Numbered from the stretch's first letter, positions 1 to 12,538 are shown. The stretch: DNA of 64,000 bases from an uncultured Planctomycetaceae bacterium (GCA_963813715.1 CAWFAK010000009.1:224001-288000), one strand, 5' to 3'. Notes: generated by a model not told the origin, from the letters alone. A program made the numbers and translations.

Positions 1-804
1 CTCTTCATCGCGTTCGTAATCCTGGTGACTGTGCTGCGTCCGCGGACTGCGCCCGTCGATCCGGAGGCCGCCCGGGCGCGCAATTTGGCCGGCTGGTTAT
101 TGGCCGCCTGGTTCCTGGGACTACTCGTCGCCGTGCCGCTCTACAAGCCGTATCCGCGACTGGTCATGCCCTGGCTGGTCTGCGCCTGGATGGTGGCCGG
201 CGCGTGCATCGACACGGTCATGAATCGGGCGGCCGCCCGCTGGACCGAACGCGATGCCGCCCGGACCGACGCCTACTGCGCTTGGGCTGGACGACCGTGG
301 TGTTTTTGGTCGGAGCGATCGGCGTCTTCGCTCTCGGTGCCTTTTCGCGGATGAGTCTGGCACGCGGACGCGACATCCCGGCCTGGCAGGATCGCACGGT
401 CCGCGCGAACGCCGTGAAACGGGCCGTTCAATACGCGCCTCAAGCGGGCACCCGGCAAGCCCCTATTTCTCGTCTACGGAGAGCCGTGCCTGTTCTTCGA
501 TCTGGCCGTGGAGGGCTACAATCCGCAGCCGCCGCTGGGGGGCGATTTCTCGTTCCTCGCCCCCGGACAAAAGCCCCTGCCGCAGCCGGCCTTCTTGCTG
601 GCCTACGAGGGGACGGCCGACTTCGACAAGCTGATCGAGCCCTACAAGAAGGCTCTGAGCGTCGAGGCCATCTTCCACGACACCCCCAGCGATCTTGTGC
701 TGCTGGACACCTACAGCCCCGCCGACGTCGCGCCGGGCAAGCCGCACCCGCCCCCGGAGGCCCTGGTCCTCTACCGGATCAATTCACGGATCAACCCGCA
801 ATGA
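1..804 (+). CDS. 3' part of a polytopic membrane protein (possibly ArnT/PMT-like glycosyltransferase), frameshifted
   Basis: Hydrophobic segments in ORFs 25..354 and 204..881 (LYKPYPRLVMPWLV), followed by a soluble C-terminal ORF 508..804; truncated by the window edge. Confidence 0.4.
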
Positions 805-1056
805 GGCTGTTCCACGCGGAACAAATGCGTTGGTGTGTTGCTGTTAATTTGGGCGAGCCCAGAGATTACCGCCGCCTTTGAGCATTACTCACGCGGTGCC
901 CTTTACCAATTTCACGTGGAATCCCGCATTATTAGTAAAGCCCCCATTTTCCGCAGGGGGAATAACAGACGCTCGCCTGAATCGGACCTTGAAGCCAGAC
1001 CGATCGATTCCATGCGGTTGGCGATTCCAGGGATGCGAATCACGAGGTGCGCGGTC

Positions 1057-2057
1057 ATGGATGAACAGGCACGTGGGGCGGTGGACGGCACGTTAAATTT
1101 CGAGGCGCAGGGGCCGAGCTCGGTCCGGCGGCGATTGGGTCGCGGGCTGAGCGCGCTCTTGGGCTCGAACGGGAACGAAGGCGGGCTGACTGTTCCCGCC
1201 GGCTCGGCTCCCACCGAATCGCGGGCCGCAGTTGCCGATTCCAGCCACGTGCACGTCGAACTGATCGAGCGGAATCCCTTCCAGCCCCGCAAAGACTTCG
1301 AGAGCGAGGCGCTCGACGAACTGGTCGAGAGCGTCCGCCAGCACGGCGTGCTCCAGCCGTTGCTCGTGCGGCCCTGCGGCGGACAGTACCAACTGATCGC
1401 CGGCGAGCGCCGCCTGATGGCCGCGAAGAAAGCCGGCCTCGAGACCGTCCCTTGCCGCGTGCTGGAACTTGAAGACCAGGCGATGTGCGAGGCGGCCCTC
1501 GAAGAGAACCTCAAGCGCCGGGACCTCAACGTCCTGGAAAAAGCGCAAGCCTTCAAAGAGTACATGCACCGCTTCTCGGCCAGCGTCGACGACGTGGCCA
1601 AACACCTCAGCATGAGCCGCTCGTCGGTCTGCAATTTTCTGCGGCTCTTGGAACTGACCGACTTCGTCAAGGATGCCCTGTTGGCCGAGCGGGTGAGCTT
1701 TGGCCACGCGCGGGCCATCCTCTCGCTGAATCACGACGACCAGATCGCGCTGTGCGGCCGGATCGAGAGCGAATCGCTCTCGGTCCGCGAAACCGAGGCA
1801 GCCGTGCGGGAGATCCTCAAGAACCAGCAAGAGCCGCAGGCTGAGACGATCCTGTTCACCGGCGCGGGCGCCCGCCGAAACCGGCACCGAGCACCGCGAG
1901 CGCCCACGTCCGCTCCCTGGAAGAGACCCTCGGCCAGCTCTTCGCGGTCGCGGTCCAAATCAAGGTGAGCGGCAAGGACAAGGGCAAGATTGTGATTCCG
2001 TTCGCCAACAACGACGAGTTCGAACGGATCCTGCGGCACCTCCGTCGCGCGGCTTGA
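1057..2057 (+). CDS. parB: ParB/RepB/Spo0J family partition protein (frameshift near 1870)
   Basis: RRLGRGLSALL N-terminus, NPFQPRK, GVLQPLLVR, LIAGERR arginine patch, ENLKR, HTH region; C-terminal KGKIVIPFANNDEFERIL continues in another frame to TGA at 2057. Confidence 0.92.
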
Positions 2058-2090
2058 CGTCAGCCGGCTCGCATCGCCGGATCTCGATGC

Positions 2091-2730
2091 GAGTCGTCCG
2101 GTCCCGAGTCGTCCGGGCCCCCGGGTCCCGTTCCGCTGAGAAGTGTCCGGACCGGATATTTGCCGGCCTGCGCTCGGCAAAGCAACGTGTCCCGACCCCA
2201 ACAGACGTCCCGTCTCTGCGGTTCTTGTCCGTAGACCTCGGGGCCGTCGCCCCATTCCAATCCCGTCCCGACCCTGGCTGGACGGTCCGAGTCCGGTCCC
2301 GAATGCCGCCCCCCTTTCAATCGAAAGTGTCCGGACCGGACTTTTGTCCGACGTAAGTCGCTGCCGGGTAAAGACTACGGCCGGACTCATTTTGGCGGAC
2401 CGGGGAGTCTGGGATCGGGACCGGACCGACTCCGAGTCCGACCGCTCCGGCAGCCGTCTCCCATCAAGACCTTGGATTGGGGACCCCTGGACTCATCTGG
2501 CGGTCCCGTCCCGTCCCAATGTGCCGGTCCGGAATGCGATCGAGAACTCTCCCCCGGTTCACACCGGGGCTCGGGCAAGTTTGTGTCCCGTCCCGCGGTT
2601 CCGGTCCCGAAGTCCGGTCTCATAGAAAGTGTCCGGACCGGACCTCGCGACACGAGCGCGGAGCCAGGGCGAAAGGGGCTTTTCTTTCCATCGTGCCACA
2701 CTCCGCCGATTCGCCCAAGATCAGTTTTCT
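2091..2730. repeat. Intergenic array rich in GTCC(C/G)G with 3 exact copies of AAGTGTCCGGACCGGA
   Basis: 16-mer at 2141-2156, 2325-2340 and 2627-2642, each preceded by CCGGTCCCGA (2098, 2293, 2601). Confidence 0.75.
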
Positions 2731-2748
2731 ACGCCCGACTCCGGTTTT

Positions 2749-3850
2749 CTACTGCTGCCTCAATTGTCGCCCTGGTGGCACCGGTTCGGCCTGATCGATC
2801 GCGACATGCGGTTCCGCGGATTCCGGGGAGCGCATTTGCTCGGCGACGAGCCGCGTGTAAGCCGGGTTGCGAAAACGCAACTTGATGACATTCCGAGTTG
2901 TGTCTCCGCGGGCAATCGTCACGGGAGTCGTTGACCGAAAAGCAACGATGGCGGCGACCAGCATCGACGCTCCGAGCGCGACGGCCGTGGCGATCCAGAA
3001 ATCGTCGCCCGCGAAGTTGAGGGGCAGGACGATCGCTGCCGACAGGCAGGTGCAAACCAAGGCGGCCGTCAAGAAGATTCGCCAATAGGCGCGCTGCTGA
3101 ATGCCGGCGCATTCCGCGCAGCGCGGGACGAACATCTGCGCGGCCGGATGAAATGCTCGGTGCTGCGTGCCCTTCGCTCGCCTCGTTTAAACAGACGCAA
3201 CAGACTGGCGGCAGTTGATGGCGTCCCAGTTGGAAATCGCACCATTCGCCGACCGGCGCGACGCCGATACGGCCATTTGACGCGGCTTTGATCTCTCCCG
3301 AAATGGGATCCTGGAGCAGCGCCGGCGGCGTTCCGGGCAGTAATTCTGGAGCATCGGGATAGTTGCGATTGGGATTGATCCGACCCCGCAGCCACATCTG
3401 AATGCCCAGCGTGCCGCCGGACAACAGCACGATTCCGAGCAAAATCAGGGCAACGATCGGCAGCGCGTCCGGGTCACCGAAGGCCAGCAGCGGGACGAGC
3501 GTCAGCGCGAGAAGAATCGCGGTGCCTAAGATGTAGAACGCCACCCTGCCCCACAGCCGGTAGCGGGTCCGGCGATAGCCCTGGACCAGGTCCTCATTGA
3601 TCCACGAGCACTTGGGGCAAGGAACGAGTTCTCTCCCACGATCGAGCGCGCGCTCGAGCTCCTTGGCGGCCCGCTGCTCAGCCAGCCGCGCCGCCCGGGC
3701 CTGCCCGAGACAGTAGGGCGCGACGCCGACTCCCGTGCCGACACGACTCAACTGATAGCAGTAGCCGGTGCCGCACCGGTCGCACTCCACGCGCGCTAAC
3801 CGTTGCCCGGCGGCCGATTGCGTGAAATGTTTGCCAAAATAAAGGAACAT
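2749..3850 (-). CDS. Hypothetical membrane protein with several CxxC pairs (frameshift near 3140)
   Basis: ORF 2729..3850 (CDRC, CPKC, two TM helices, CCVC) continues in ORF 2749..3135 (CAEC, two TM helices). Confidence 0.65.
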
Positions 3851-4089
3851 CGCGAACCACGCTCGGAAAAGGACACGCCTCGCTTCGCACTCTTGAAATG
3901 AGGCGACTCGTTAATGCCGAAGTGCGATTGTACCGCCATTCGGACCGCGTCCTAGAGACGGATTCGCAGCAAATCCTTGCCGTCGTGCTGGCTTGCTGCC
4001 GCCGCGATGGTTGAATGCCGGTGCGCCGGCTATTCTTCTTCCGTTCGACAGTGTTCGGGCACGTTCGCTTGAGACCGGTGCCGCTCCCA

Positions 4090-4689
4090 ATGGGTAAAGG
4101 CCGACTCGAAGCCTTCAGCGACGGCGTGATCGCCATCATCATTACCGTGATGGTGCTGGAGATGAAGGTGCCGCTGCCCCACCAAGGGGCGACACTCGCC
4201 GATCTCAAGCCGGTGGTGCCGTCCTTGTTGAGCTATGCGTTGAGCTTCGTCTTCATCGGCATCTACTGGAACAATCACCATCACCTGTTCCAGGCGACGC
4301 GGCGCGTGACGGGCGGCATTCTCTGGGCCAATTTGCATCTGCTCTTTTGGCTCTCGCTCATTCCCTTCACGACCGCCTGGATGGGCGAGAACACGTTCGC
4401 CCCGACGCCGACCGCGGTGTACGGTGTCGTGCTGCTGCTTGCGGCGCTGGCCTATTACGTGCTGCAGCTCACGATCCTGCGGGCGCCCGGCGGAAACCCG
4501 ATGTTGGAAGAGGCCCTTGGCGGCGATTGGAAAGGCAAAATCTCACCGGTCCTCTATGTGCTGGCAATTGCGGCGTGCTTGATCAGCCAGTGGCTCGCCT
4601 GCGCGTTTTACGTGCTGGTCGCCCTGATCTGGCTCATTCCCGATCGGCGGATCGAACGGATGTTTGCCAATCGCGAGTCCGACGACTGA
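4090..4689 (+). CDS. TMEM175 family K+ channel (DUF1211)
   Basis: RLEAFSDGVIAIIITVMVLE signature, YWNNHHHLF, six hydrophobic helices. Confidence 0.93.
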   Translation: MGKGRLEAFSDGVIAIIITVMVLEMKVPLPHQGATLADLKPVVPSLLSYALSFVFIGIYWNNHHHLFQATRRVTGGILWANLHLLFWLSLIPFTTAWMGENTFAPTPTAVYGVVLLLAALAYYVLQLTILRAPGGNPMLEEALGGDWKGKISPVLYVLAIAACLISQWLACAFYVLVALIWLIPDRRIERMFANRESDD

Positions 4690-4721
4690 CCGGCGAGAGC
4701 CGCGGCGGTATAACGAATCGT

Positions 4722-5631
4722 ATGCCTACTCCGCACTGGCACGGCGTGTTTCCCGCGGTCACGACGCAGTTTCGCGAGGATCAATCGCTCGACCTCGACG
4801 CCACCGCGCGGCATTGGGAGGTAATGATCGCGAGCGGCATCCAGGGCCTGATCGTCGCCGGGTCGCTCGGTGAGAACCAAACGCTCGAGCCCGCCGAAAA
4901 GCGGGCCCTCGTCGCCGAGGCGGTGAAGTGTGCGGCCGGCCGTATCCCCGTGCTCAGCGGCGTGGCCGAGATGAGCACGGCGGCCGCCTGCAAGTACGTC
5001 CGCGATTGCGAACGCCTGGGGGCCAGCGGATTCATGGTGATGCCCGCGATGGTCTACAAGGCCGACGCCCGCGAAGCCGCGCATCACTTTCGCCAGGTGG
5101 CCGCCGCCACGAGCCTGCCCTGGATGCTCTACAACAATCCGGTTGGCTATCCGGTCGACATCACGCCGGCGCAGTTCGTCGAGCTGGCCGACATCCCGAC
5201 TCTGGTGGCGATCAAGGAAAGCTCGGCCAACACGCGGCGGATCACCGAGCTGCGAATCGCTGTCGGCGACCGCTACGCCCTCTTCGTGGGGGTCGACGAC
5301 CTGATCCTGGAGTCGGCGGTGCTGGAAATCGACGGCTGGGTGGCCGGCTCGGGCATTGCCGTTCCTCGCGAGAACCAGCACTTTTGGGAGCTGACGCGGC
5401 GCGGCCGCTGGGACGAGGCGCGGGCCCTGCTATCGCTGGTTTTACCCGCTGCTCAAGCTGGACACGCAGATCAAGTTCGTGCAGCTGATCAAGCTCGCGG
5501 TGCAAGAGGCGGGCCTCGGCCGCGAGTGGGTCCGCAGTCCGCGCTTACCGCTGGCCGGCGCCGAGCGGGAGCAAGCTCTTGCCGTCATCCTCGACGCCTT
5601 GGACAATCGGCCGCGGCTTTCCGCGCTTTGA
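4722..5631 (+). CDS. DapA-family enzyme, probable delta1-pyrroline-4-hydroxy-2-carboxylate deaminase (frameshift near 5430)
   Basis: GVFPAVTT, GSLGEN, MLYNNP, AIKESS (Schiff-base Lys); adjacent to a Hyp epimerase. Confidence 0.85.
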
Positions 5632-5645
5632 ATCGGAGTGACGGC

Positions 5646-6592
5646 GTGAGCCTGCAGCGCATCCAAGTGATCGATTCCCACACCGGCGGCGAGCCGACGC
5701 GCGTGATCGTCGCGGGCGGGCCCGACCTGGGGGGTGGCTCGCTGGCCGAGCAGCGCGAGCGTTTTCGATCGCAACACGACCGCTTCCGCCGGGCTGTGAT
5801 CTGCGAACCGCGCGGGTCCGACGTCATTGTCGGCGCCCTGCTCTGCCCGCCCAGCGATCGCCAGTGCGCGACCGGAGTGATCTTCTTCGAGAGCGTCGGC
5901 TATCTGGGGATGTGCGGGCACGGGACGATCGGCGTAGCGGTCACGCTCGGCCATCTGGGGCGGATCAAGGCGGGCCGCTCGTGCTTCGAGACGCCGGTCG
6001 GCCGCATCTCGATCGAGTACGACGGGGCGAACACGGTCGCCCTCGAAAATGTTCCGAGCTATCGCCTCGCCAAGGACGTGACCGTCGAGGTGCCGGGCCT
6101 CGGCAAGGTGACCGGCGACGTCGCCTGGGGCGGCAACTGGTTCTTTCTCGTCCGCGATCCGATCGAGCCGCTCGAATTGAGCCGAGTCGATCGGCTCCTC
6201 GACATCACGCGGCGAATTCGGGCGGCGTTGCGACGACAACGGCATCACGGGCGCCGACGGGGCGGAGATCGATCACGTGGAATTGTTTGGTCCTCCCGCC
6301 GACCCGCGCAATCAGAGCCGCAATTTCATGCTCTGTCCGGGCGGAGCCTACGATCGTTCACCGTGCGGCACGGGAACGAGCGCCAAGCTCGCCTGCCTGG
6401 CGGCCGACGGACGGCTCGCGCCCGGCGAACCGTGGCGGCAAGAAAGCATTTTGGGGAGCGTCTTCACCGGCCTCGTACCGGATCGACGGCGGGCGGACGA
6501 TCCCCAAAATCTCCGGCCAGGCCTTCGTCACGGCCGAGACGACCTTGCTGCTCGACGAGTCCGATCCGTTCGCCTGGGGCTGCCCCGCGTGA
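5646..6592 (+). CDS. 4-hydroxyproline 2-epimerase / proline racemase family (frameshifts near 6240 and 6475)
   Basis: [40 protein letters not shown]; both catalytic Cys present. Confidence 0.9.
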
Positions 6593-7872
6593 CCGCGACC
6601 CCATTCCCCCCGGCCGGTGCGGGTTCCGATCGCGTGGTCGTGGTCGGCGGAGGCGTGATCGGGGCGGCCTGCGCGTACTTTCTGCGGCAGGCCGGGCGAC
6701 GCGTGACGATCGTCGACGCCGGCGCGTTCGGCCGCGGCTGCTCGCACGGCAACTGCGGCTACATCTCACCGAGCCACGTGTTGCCGCTGGCTGGGCCGGG
6801 CGCGCTGCAGCTCGGCGCTCAAAACGCTGTTTCAGAAGAATTCGCCCCTCAAGGTGCGCTGGCGGCTCGATCCGGCGCTCTGGAGCTGGTTCTGGAAGTT
6901 CGCCCGTCGCTGCAACGAGCGCGACTGCGCTGGCCGCCGGGCACGCGATCCAGAATCTTCTCGGCTCGTCCCGCGCGCTGTACGACGAACTCGTTTGCTC
7001 GACGCTCAGCGACGTCGAGTGGGAGCCCTCGGGCGTGCTCTTCGTCTTCCGCACTCCCGCCGCGATGGACCACTACGCCCACACCGACGCGCTCCTGCGA
7101 AACGAGTACGGCCTGGACGCGACGCGCTTCGACGGAAATTCGCTCTTGGAGTTCGAGCCGTCGCTCAAGCCGGGCAGCGCCGGGGCCTGGTTCTATCCGT
7201 CGGACGGTTTGCTGCGCCCCGACAAGCTGATGGCCGCCTGGAGGCGCGTGCTCGAACAGTCGGGCGTCGAAATCCGCGAACACTGCGCGCTCCGCGATTT
7301 GGCCGTCGACGGCCGCGTCGTCGGCGGAGTCATCACCGACGCGGGCAAGATCGAGGCCGACCAGACGCTGATTGCGACGGGAGCGTGGACGCCCCAGTTG
7401 AGCCGGATGTTGCGCTGCCCCGTTCCGATTCAGCCGGGTAAGGGCTATTCGATCACGATGCCCCGCCCTGCACTCTGCCCGCGGCGGCCGATGATCTTCG
7501 AGGAGCATCGCGTCGCCATCTCGCCCATGCAGAGCGGTTATCGCATCGGCTCGACGATGGAATTTGCCGGCTATGATTCGCGACTGAATCCCGATCGCTT
7601 GATGCTCTTGCGCGAAAGTGCAGCCCTATACTTGAAAGAGCCGCTCGCGGAGTCCGACGCTCGAGGAATGGTGGGGCTGGCGGCCGATGACGCCCGACGG
7701 CCTCCCTTTCATCGGGCGGCTGCCCGCGTTCGACAACGTCTTCCTGGCGGCCGGGCATTGTATGCTGGGCGTTTCGATGGCGCCGGCCACCGGCAAACTC
7801 GTCGCGGAACTGATGACCGGCCAACCACCGCACATCGACCCGACACCCTACGCCGTCACGCGTAGTATTTGA
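6589..7872 (+). CDS. FAD-dependent D-amino-acid dehydrogenase (DadA-like; probable D-hydroxyproline dehydrogenase), several frameshifts
   Basis: [11 protein letters not shown]ossmann motif, [39 protein letters not shown]. Confidence 0.85.
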
Positions 7873-7894
7873 TAGGTTCTCCTCGTCTCTGTCT

Positions 7895-7932
7895 CCCTCT
7901 CCCATTCCGATGGGAGAGGGCCGGGGTGAGGG
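7895..7932. repeat. REP-like palindrome CCCTCTCCC..GGGAGAGGGCCGGGGTGAGGG
   Basis: Hairpin ccctctcccat/atgggagaggg followed by ccggggtgaggg, in intergenic DNA. Confidence 0.6.
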
Positions 7933-8106
7933 CAAGTTTTGGCAGTTTCTTTGAGCCCGAGGTGGCCGGCACCAATCGATCGTGGAATGATTTGAAGCGT
8001 CCACCTTTGCCTTGATCTCTGTTGCCTCTGTTACCTCCTGTTCAAGATCCTCTTCTTTGTGCCTTCGTGCCTTCGTGGTGAAACGAGCTTTTCCGATTCC
8101 CATTCG

Positions 8107-8145
8107 AGAACCGGCGGGCTGATCCGCCGCGGCGGACCGCTCGCC
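8107..8145 (+). repeat. REP family variant (AGAACCGGCGGGCTGA...CCGCTCGCC)
   Basis: Shares both ends with the 31-bp REP and has an internal tccgccgcggcgga palindrome; the same variant recurs at 40340-40368. Confidence 0.7.
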
Positions 8146-8195
8146 TCAGGCCCATTAGTCAGCAAGTCGACGAAACCCAGACGAAGGAGCGCTTC

Positions 8196-9287
8196 ATGGA
8201 CAGGTCGTTAAGCGAGCATGCCTTTCTGCCCGATGCCGACCCGTTAACTGCCTTTCCGCCCGATAGCCCGATGGCCGTGCTGGACGAGATCGGCCGCGAT
8301 CTGCCGAGCCTGCTGCGGGACTCCGGCTTTCGCTCGCGGGCCCGGCGTCTCGAAATTCCCGCCTGGAAGGAGCCTGCCGATCCCGCTGCCGTCCTGCCCC
8401 AGCTGCGGCTGCGCTACGTGCGGCTGGGCTTCCTCGCATCGGCTTACATCAACCAAGTCGGCGAACCGCTGGCCGGCGTGCTGCCGCGGAACCTGGCCGT
8501 GCCGCTTGCGGACGCGTGCCGGCGGCTGTCGCGGCCGCCGATCCTGAGCTACGACGGCTATGCCCTTTACAACTGGAAGCGGTTCGATCCCGCGCGGCCG
8601 ATCGCGCTGGGGAACATTGACACGATCCAGAATTTCGTTCACCTCTACGACGAGCACTGGTTCATCCTGGTGCACGTCGAGATCGAGCAGATCGCGGCTC
8701 ACATGATGGCGGGCGTGGACCTGGCGACCCGGGGCATCGCCGCCGGCGATCGGGGACTCGTCAATCGCGGGCTGCAGAAGGTCGGCGAAAGTGTCAGCCG
8801 GCAGATCGCCGTCCTCCGCCGCATCCCCGAGCACATGGACCCGGCCCTGTATTACAAGACGTTTCGGCCGTACATTCGCTTCTTCGAGCACGTCGTCTTC
8901 GAGGGGGTCGACTCCACGCCGATGAATTTCCGCGGCGAAACCGGCGCCCAGAGCAGCATCATGCCGACGCTCGTCGCGCTGATGAAGATTCCGCACCGGC
9001 CGTCACTGCTCACCAATCACCTGGACGACATGCAGAATTTCATGCCGCGCGAGCACCGGCAACTGATCGCCGACGTGCAAGCCCTGGGCGACCCACGGCC
9101 GCTCGCCGACAAGGAACCCTACAATGAAGTGCTCGAAGCGATGGCCACTTTTCGCGAAGTCCACTACGGCTGGGCCGACGAGTACATCAACAAGCGAGTC
9201 AGCGACCCCCGCGGCACCGGCGGCACTCCCTATATGCAGTGGCTGGGCCAACTGATCGCCGAAACGCGGGCCCACAAAATTCCGTGA
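8196..9287 (+). CDS. Indoleamine 2,3-dioxygenase / PrnB-like heme dioxygenase
   Basis: EHWFILVHVEIE, RGETGAQSS, FREVH (proximal His), RGTGGTPY loop. Confidence 0.88.
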   Translation: MDRSLSEHAFLPDADPLTAFPPDSPMAVLDEIGRDLPSLLRDSGFRSRARRLEIPAWKEPADPAAVLPQLRLRYVRLGFLASAYINQVGEPLAGVLPRNLAVPLADACRRLSRPPILSYDGYALYNWKRFDPARPIALGNIDTIQNFVHLYDEHWFILVHVEIEQIAAHMMAGVDLATRGIAAGDRGLVNRGLQKVGESVSRQIAVLRRIPEHMDPALYYKTFRPYIRFFEHVVFEGVDSTPMNFRGETGAQSSIMPTLVALMKIPHRPSLLTNHLDDMQNFMPREHRQLIADVQALGDPRPLADKEPYNEVLEAMATFREVHYGWADEYINKRVSDPRGTGGTPYMQWLGQLIAETRAHKIP

Positions 9288-9473
9288 GGATGGTCGAGGT
9301 GTGGGGATGGTTCGTGTCCCGTCCCGTGTCCCGTCCCAACTGTTCCCCCCTCGCCCGTCGCGCTCCTTCAGCCACGAAACCGCGATTCGTCCAAGATCAG
9401 TTTCTTGGACTCCGGGATTGACGAACGTTCACCGCGGTCGCAAGCTCTGAGCTTGGCACCGAGGGAAATCAAC

Positions 9474-10034
9474 ATGAACAATCTCGACCACATGTTAGAA
9501 CGCAACAAAGACTTTGCTGCTCAACAGTCTGCCGCGGGCACACTGATGCCTTCGCTTCCGCGGGCGCTGCCGAATGTAAAAGCAGTCATCATCGGTTGCG
9601 CTGATATGCGCGTGGATCCGGCAGATATACTCGGAATTAAACCGGGTGAGGCCGTCATCATGCGCAACATCGGCGGTCGAATCACCCCTGGGCTGTTGGA
9701 GCAACTGGGGCTGCTCGGACGAATCGGCGAGGTTGCCGCGGAGATTCCAGGGGGTGGTGGAGAGTTTCATATCATCGTGCTGCATCACACCGATTGCGGC
9801 ATCACTCGTCTTGCGGGCGACCCCGCCATGCTGGCGCACTATTTTCAAGTCGAGGAAGGCGACCTCAAAGCAAAAGCGGTCACCGATCCCCGCGCCGCGG
9901 TTGCCGTCGACGTTGCTTTGCTCCGGGCGATTCCCGCATTGCCGGGCGCGTGGTTAGTCTCCGGCCTCGTCTATGACGTAGCGAACGGACTTGTTGAGAT
10001 CGTAGTACCGCCGGCGCCGATTCGTACTGCGTAA
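9474..10034 (+). CDS. Beta-class carbonic anhydrase
   Basis: CADMR (CxDxR), RNIGG, HHTDCG (HxxC) zinc ligands, GLVYDV. Confidence 0.9.
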   Translation: MNNLDHMLERNKDFAAQQSAAGTLMPSLPRALPNVKAVIIGCADMRVDPADILGIKPGEAVIMRNIGGRITPGLLEQLGLLGRIGEVAAEIPGGGGEFHIIVLHHTDCGITRLAGDPAMLAHYFQVEEGDLKAKAVTDPRAAVAVDVALLRAIPALPGAWLVSGLVYDVANGLVEIVVPPAPIRTA

Positions 10035-10349
10035 AATGATCCGGCGTAAAATGATCCGGCCCGACACCCGCCTCTGGCGTTGCGACCTAACCTGGGGTTG
10101 CTCCCTCGGTTGGATGTGCCGGCCCCCGGTGTTGCGCATCGATCCGCCGATGCGTGGCGAAGTGCTGCTCTCGATCAGGCCGTACCTCTACGGCGACGAC
10201 GCGACTGCCGTAGTTGCCCGCGACGAGCCTGTGTGCCGCTCGTGGCTGGACAAAGCTGGGCTGAGCGACCCCCCGCGTTTTTCTGGTGTGACCCCCGGTC
10301 CAGGGCGAAGGGATCGCACCGGCCAGGGTCGCGGGGCTGCACACGCGAC

Positions 10350-10403
10350 ATGCGGTGGCTTAGCCAACTGATCGCTGAGACACGGGCTCACACGATCTCG
10401 TGA
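10350..10403 (+). pseudogene. Diverged copy of the last 18 codons of the IDO-like gene
   Basis: MRWLSQLIAETRAHTIS* versus MQWLGQLIAETRAHKIP* (9234-9287); 43/54 nt identical by manual alignment. Confidence 0.8.
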
Positions 10404-10725
10404 GCAGACTCGCGCAAAGCGGTGAAACTGTCAGCGCATTCGATGCGATCGAGCGGCCCTCGCTCGCACTTCGGGTTGGTGCGGCGCATGCATGAACCCG
10501 ACGCGTCAAGCGAGGGCAGTGCGGCAATACGTCCGCTTCAGGCCGGACTATCGCCGAAGCCGCCGTTTCTTGGCGACACGTGCTCAAGCGCAGTCACTCG
10601 ACAGCCGGATGCCAAGGGAGCGTTTGGTGGGCGCTGCAGAAGCGCCAACAACTCTACCTTAGCATCGGGGCCGTCGAAGGTGACCGTCACCGAAAGCTTG
10701 AAGAAGGCGTCGGACGTGCGAGAGA

Positions 10726-11097
10726 CTAGTAGCGTCCCCCGCCGTAACCGCCGCGGCCACCGCCGCCGCCGCCAGAGCGACCGCCGCCGCCACCGCCGCC
10801 AGAACGACCCCCGCCGCCGCCGTAGCCACCGCGCCCGCCGCCTCGGTCTTCACGAGGGCGAGCCTCATTGACCGTTAACGAGCGGCCGCCTGCCTCTTTG
10901 CCGTTCAGGCCATTGATCGCAGCCTGAGCTTCTTGATCGCTGCTCATCTCCACAAATCCAAAGCCCTTCGAACGGCCGGTATCGCGATCCATCACGATTT
11001 GCGCCGACTGCACGCTTCCGAAGGCCGCAAACATCTCCTCGAGAGATTCATTGCTCACGTCATAGGAGAGATTGCCGACGTACAACTTCTTGCCCAT
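10726..11097 (-). CDS. RRM (RNP-1) RNA-binding protein with Gly-rich tail
   Basis: KLYVGNL (RNP2), KGFGFVEM (RNP1), TVNEARPRE, GGGGR-rich C-terminus. Confidence 0.95.
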   Translation of the reverse strand: MGKKLYVGNLSYDVSNESLEEMFAAFGSVQSAQIVMDRDTGRSKGFGFVEMSSDQEAQAAINGLNGKEAGGRSLTVNEARPREDRGGGRGGYGGGGGRSGGGGGGGRSGGGGGGRGGYGGGRY

Positions 11098-11233
11098 TAC
11101 AACTTCCTTACCACTGAGAACGAACAGAATTGGTTTCAAGACAGGACGAAATTCACCGGGTTCATCAAATCGATGCCATCGTTCCGCCGTCGATGTCCCG
11201 GACCTAACAACTGCAGACGATGATTTTGACGAG

Positions 11234-12538
<1,305 letters not shown>

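Noticed and set aside
2091..2730. CRISPR array
   Set aside because: Repeats are only 16 bp, 184 and 302 bp apart, and no cas genes are present.
4347..7865. 1172-aa ORF as a DapA-epimerase-oxidase fusion
   Set aside because: It alternates recognisable segments with out-of-frame text; it is three genes joined by frameshifts.
8005..8085. Short 8-9-bp tandem repeats (ctctgttrc, cttcgtgc)
   Set aside because: Low-complexity intergenic repeats with no associated gene here.
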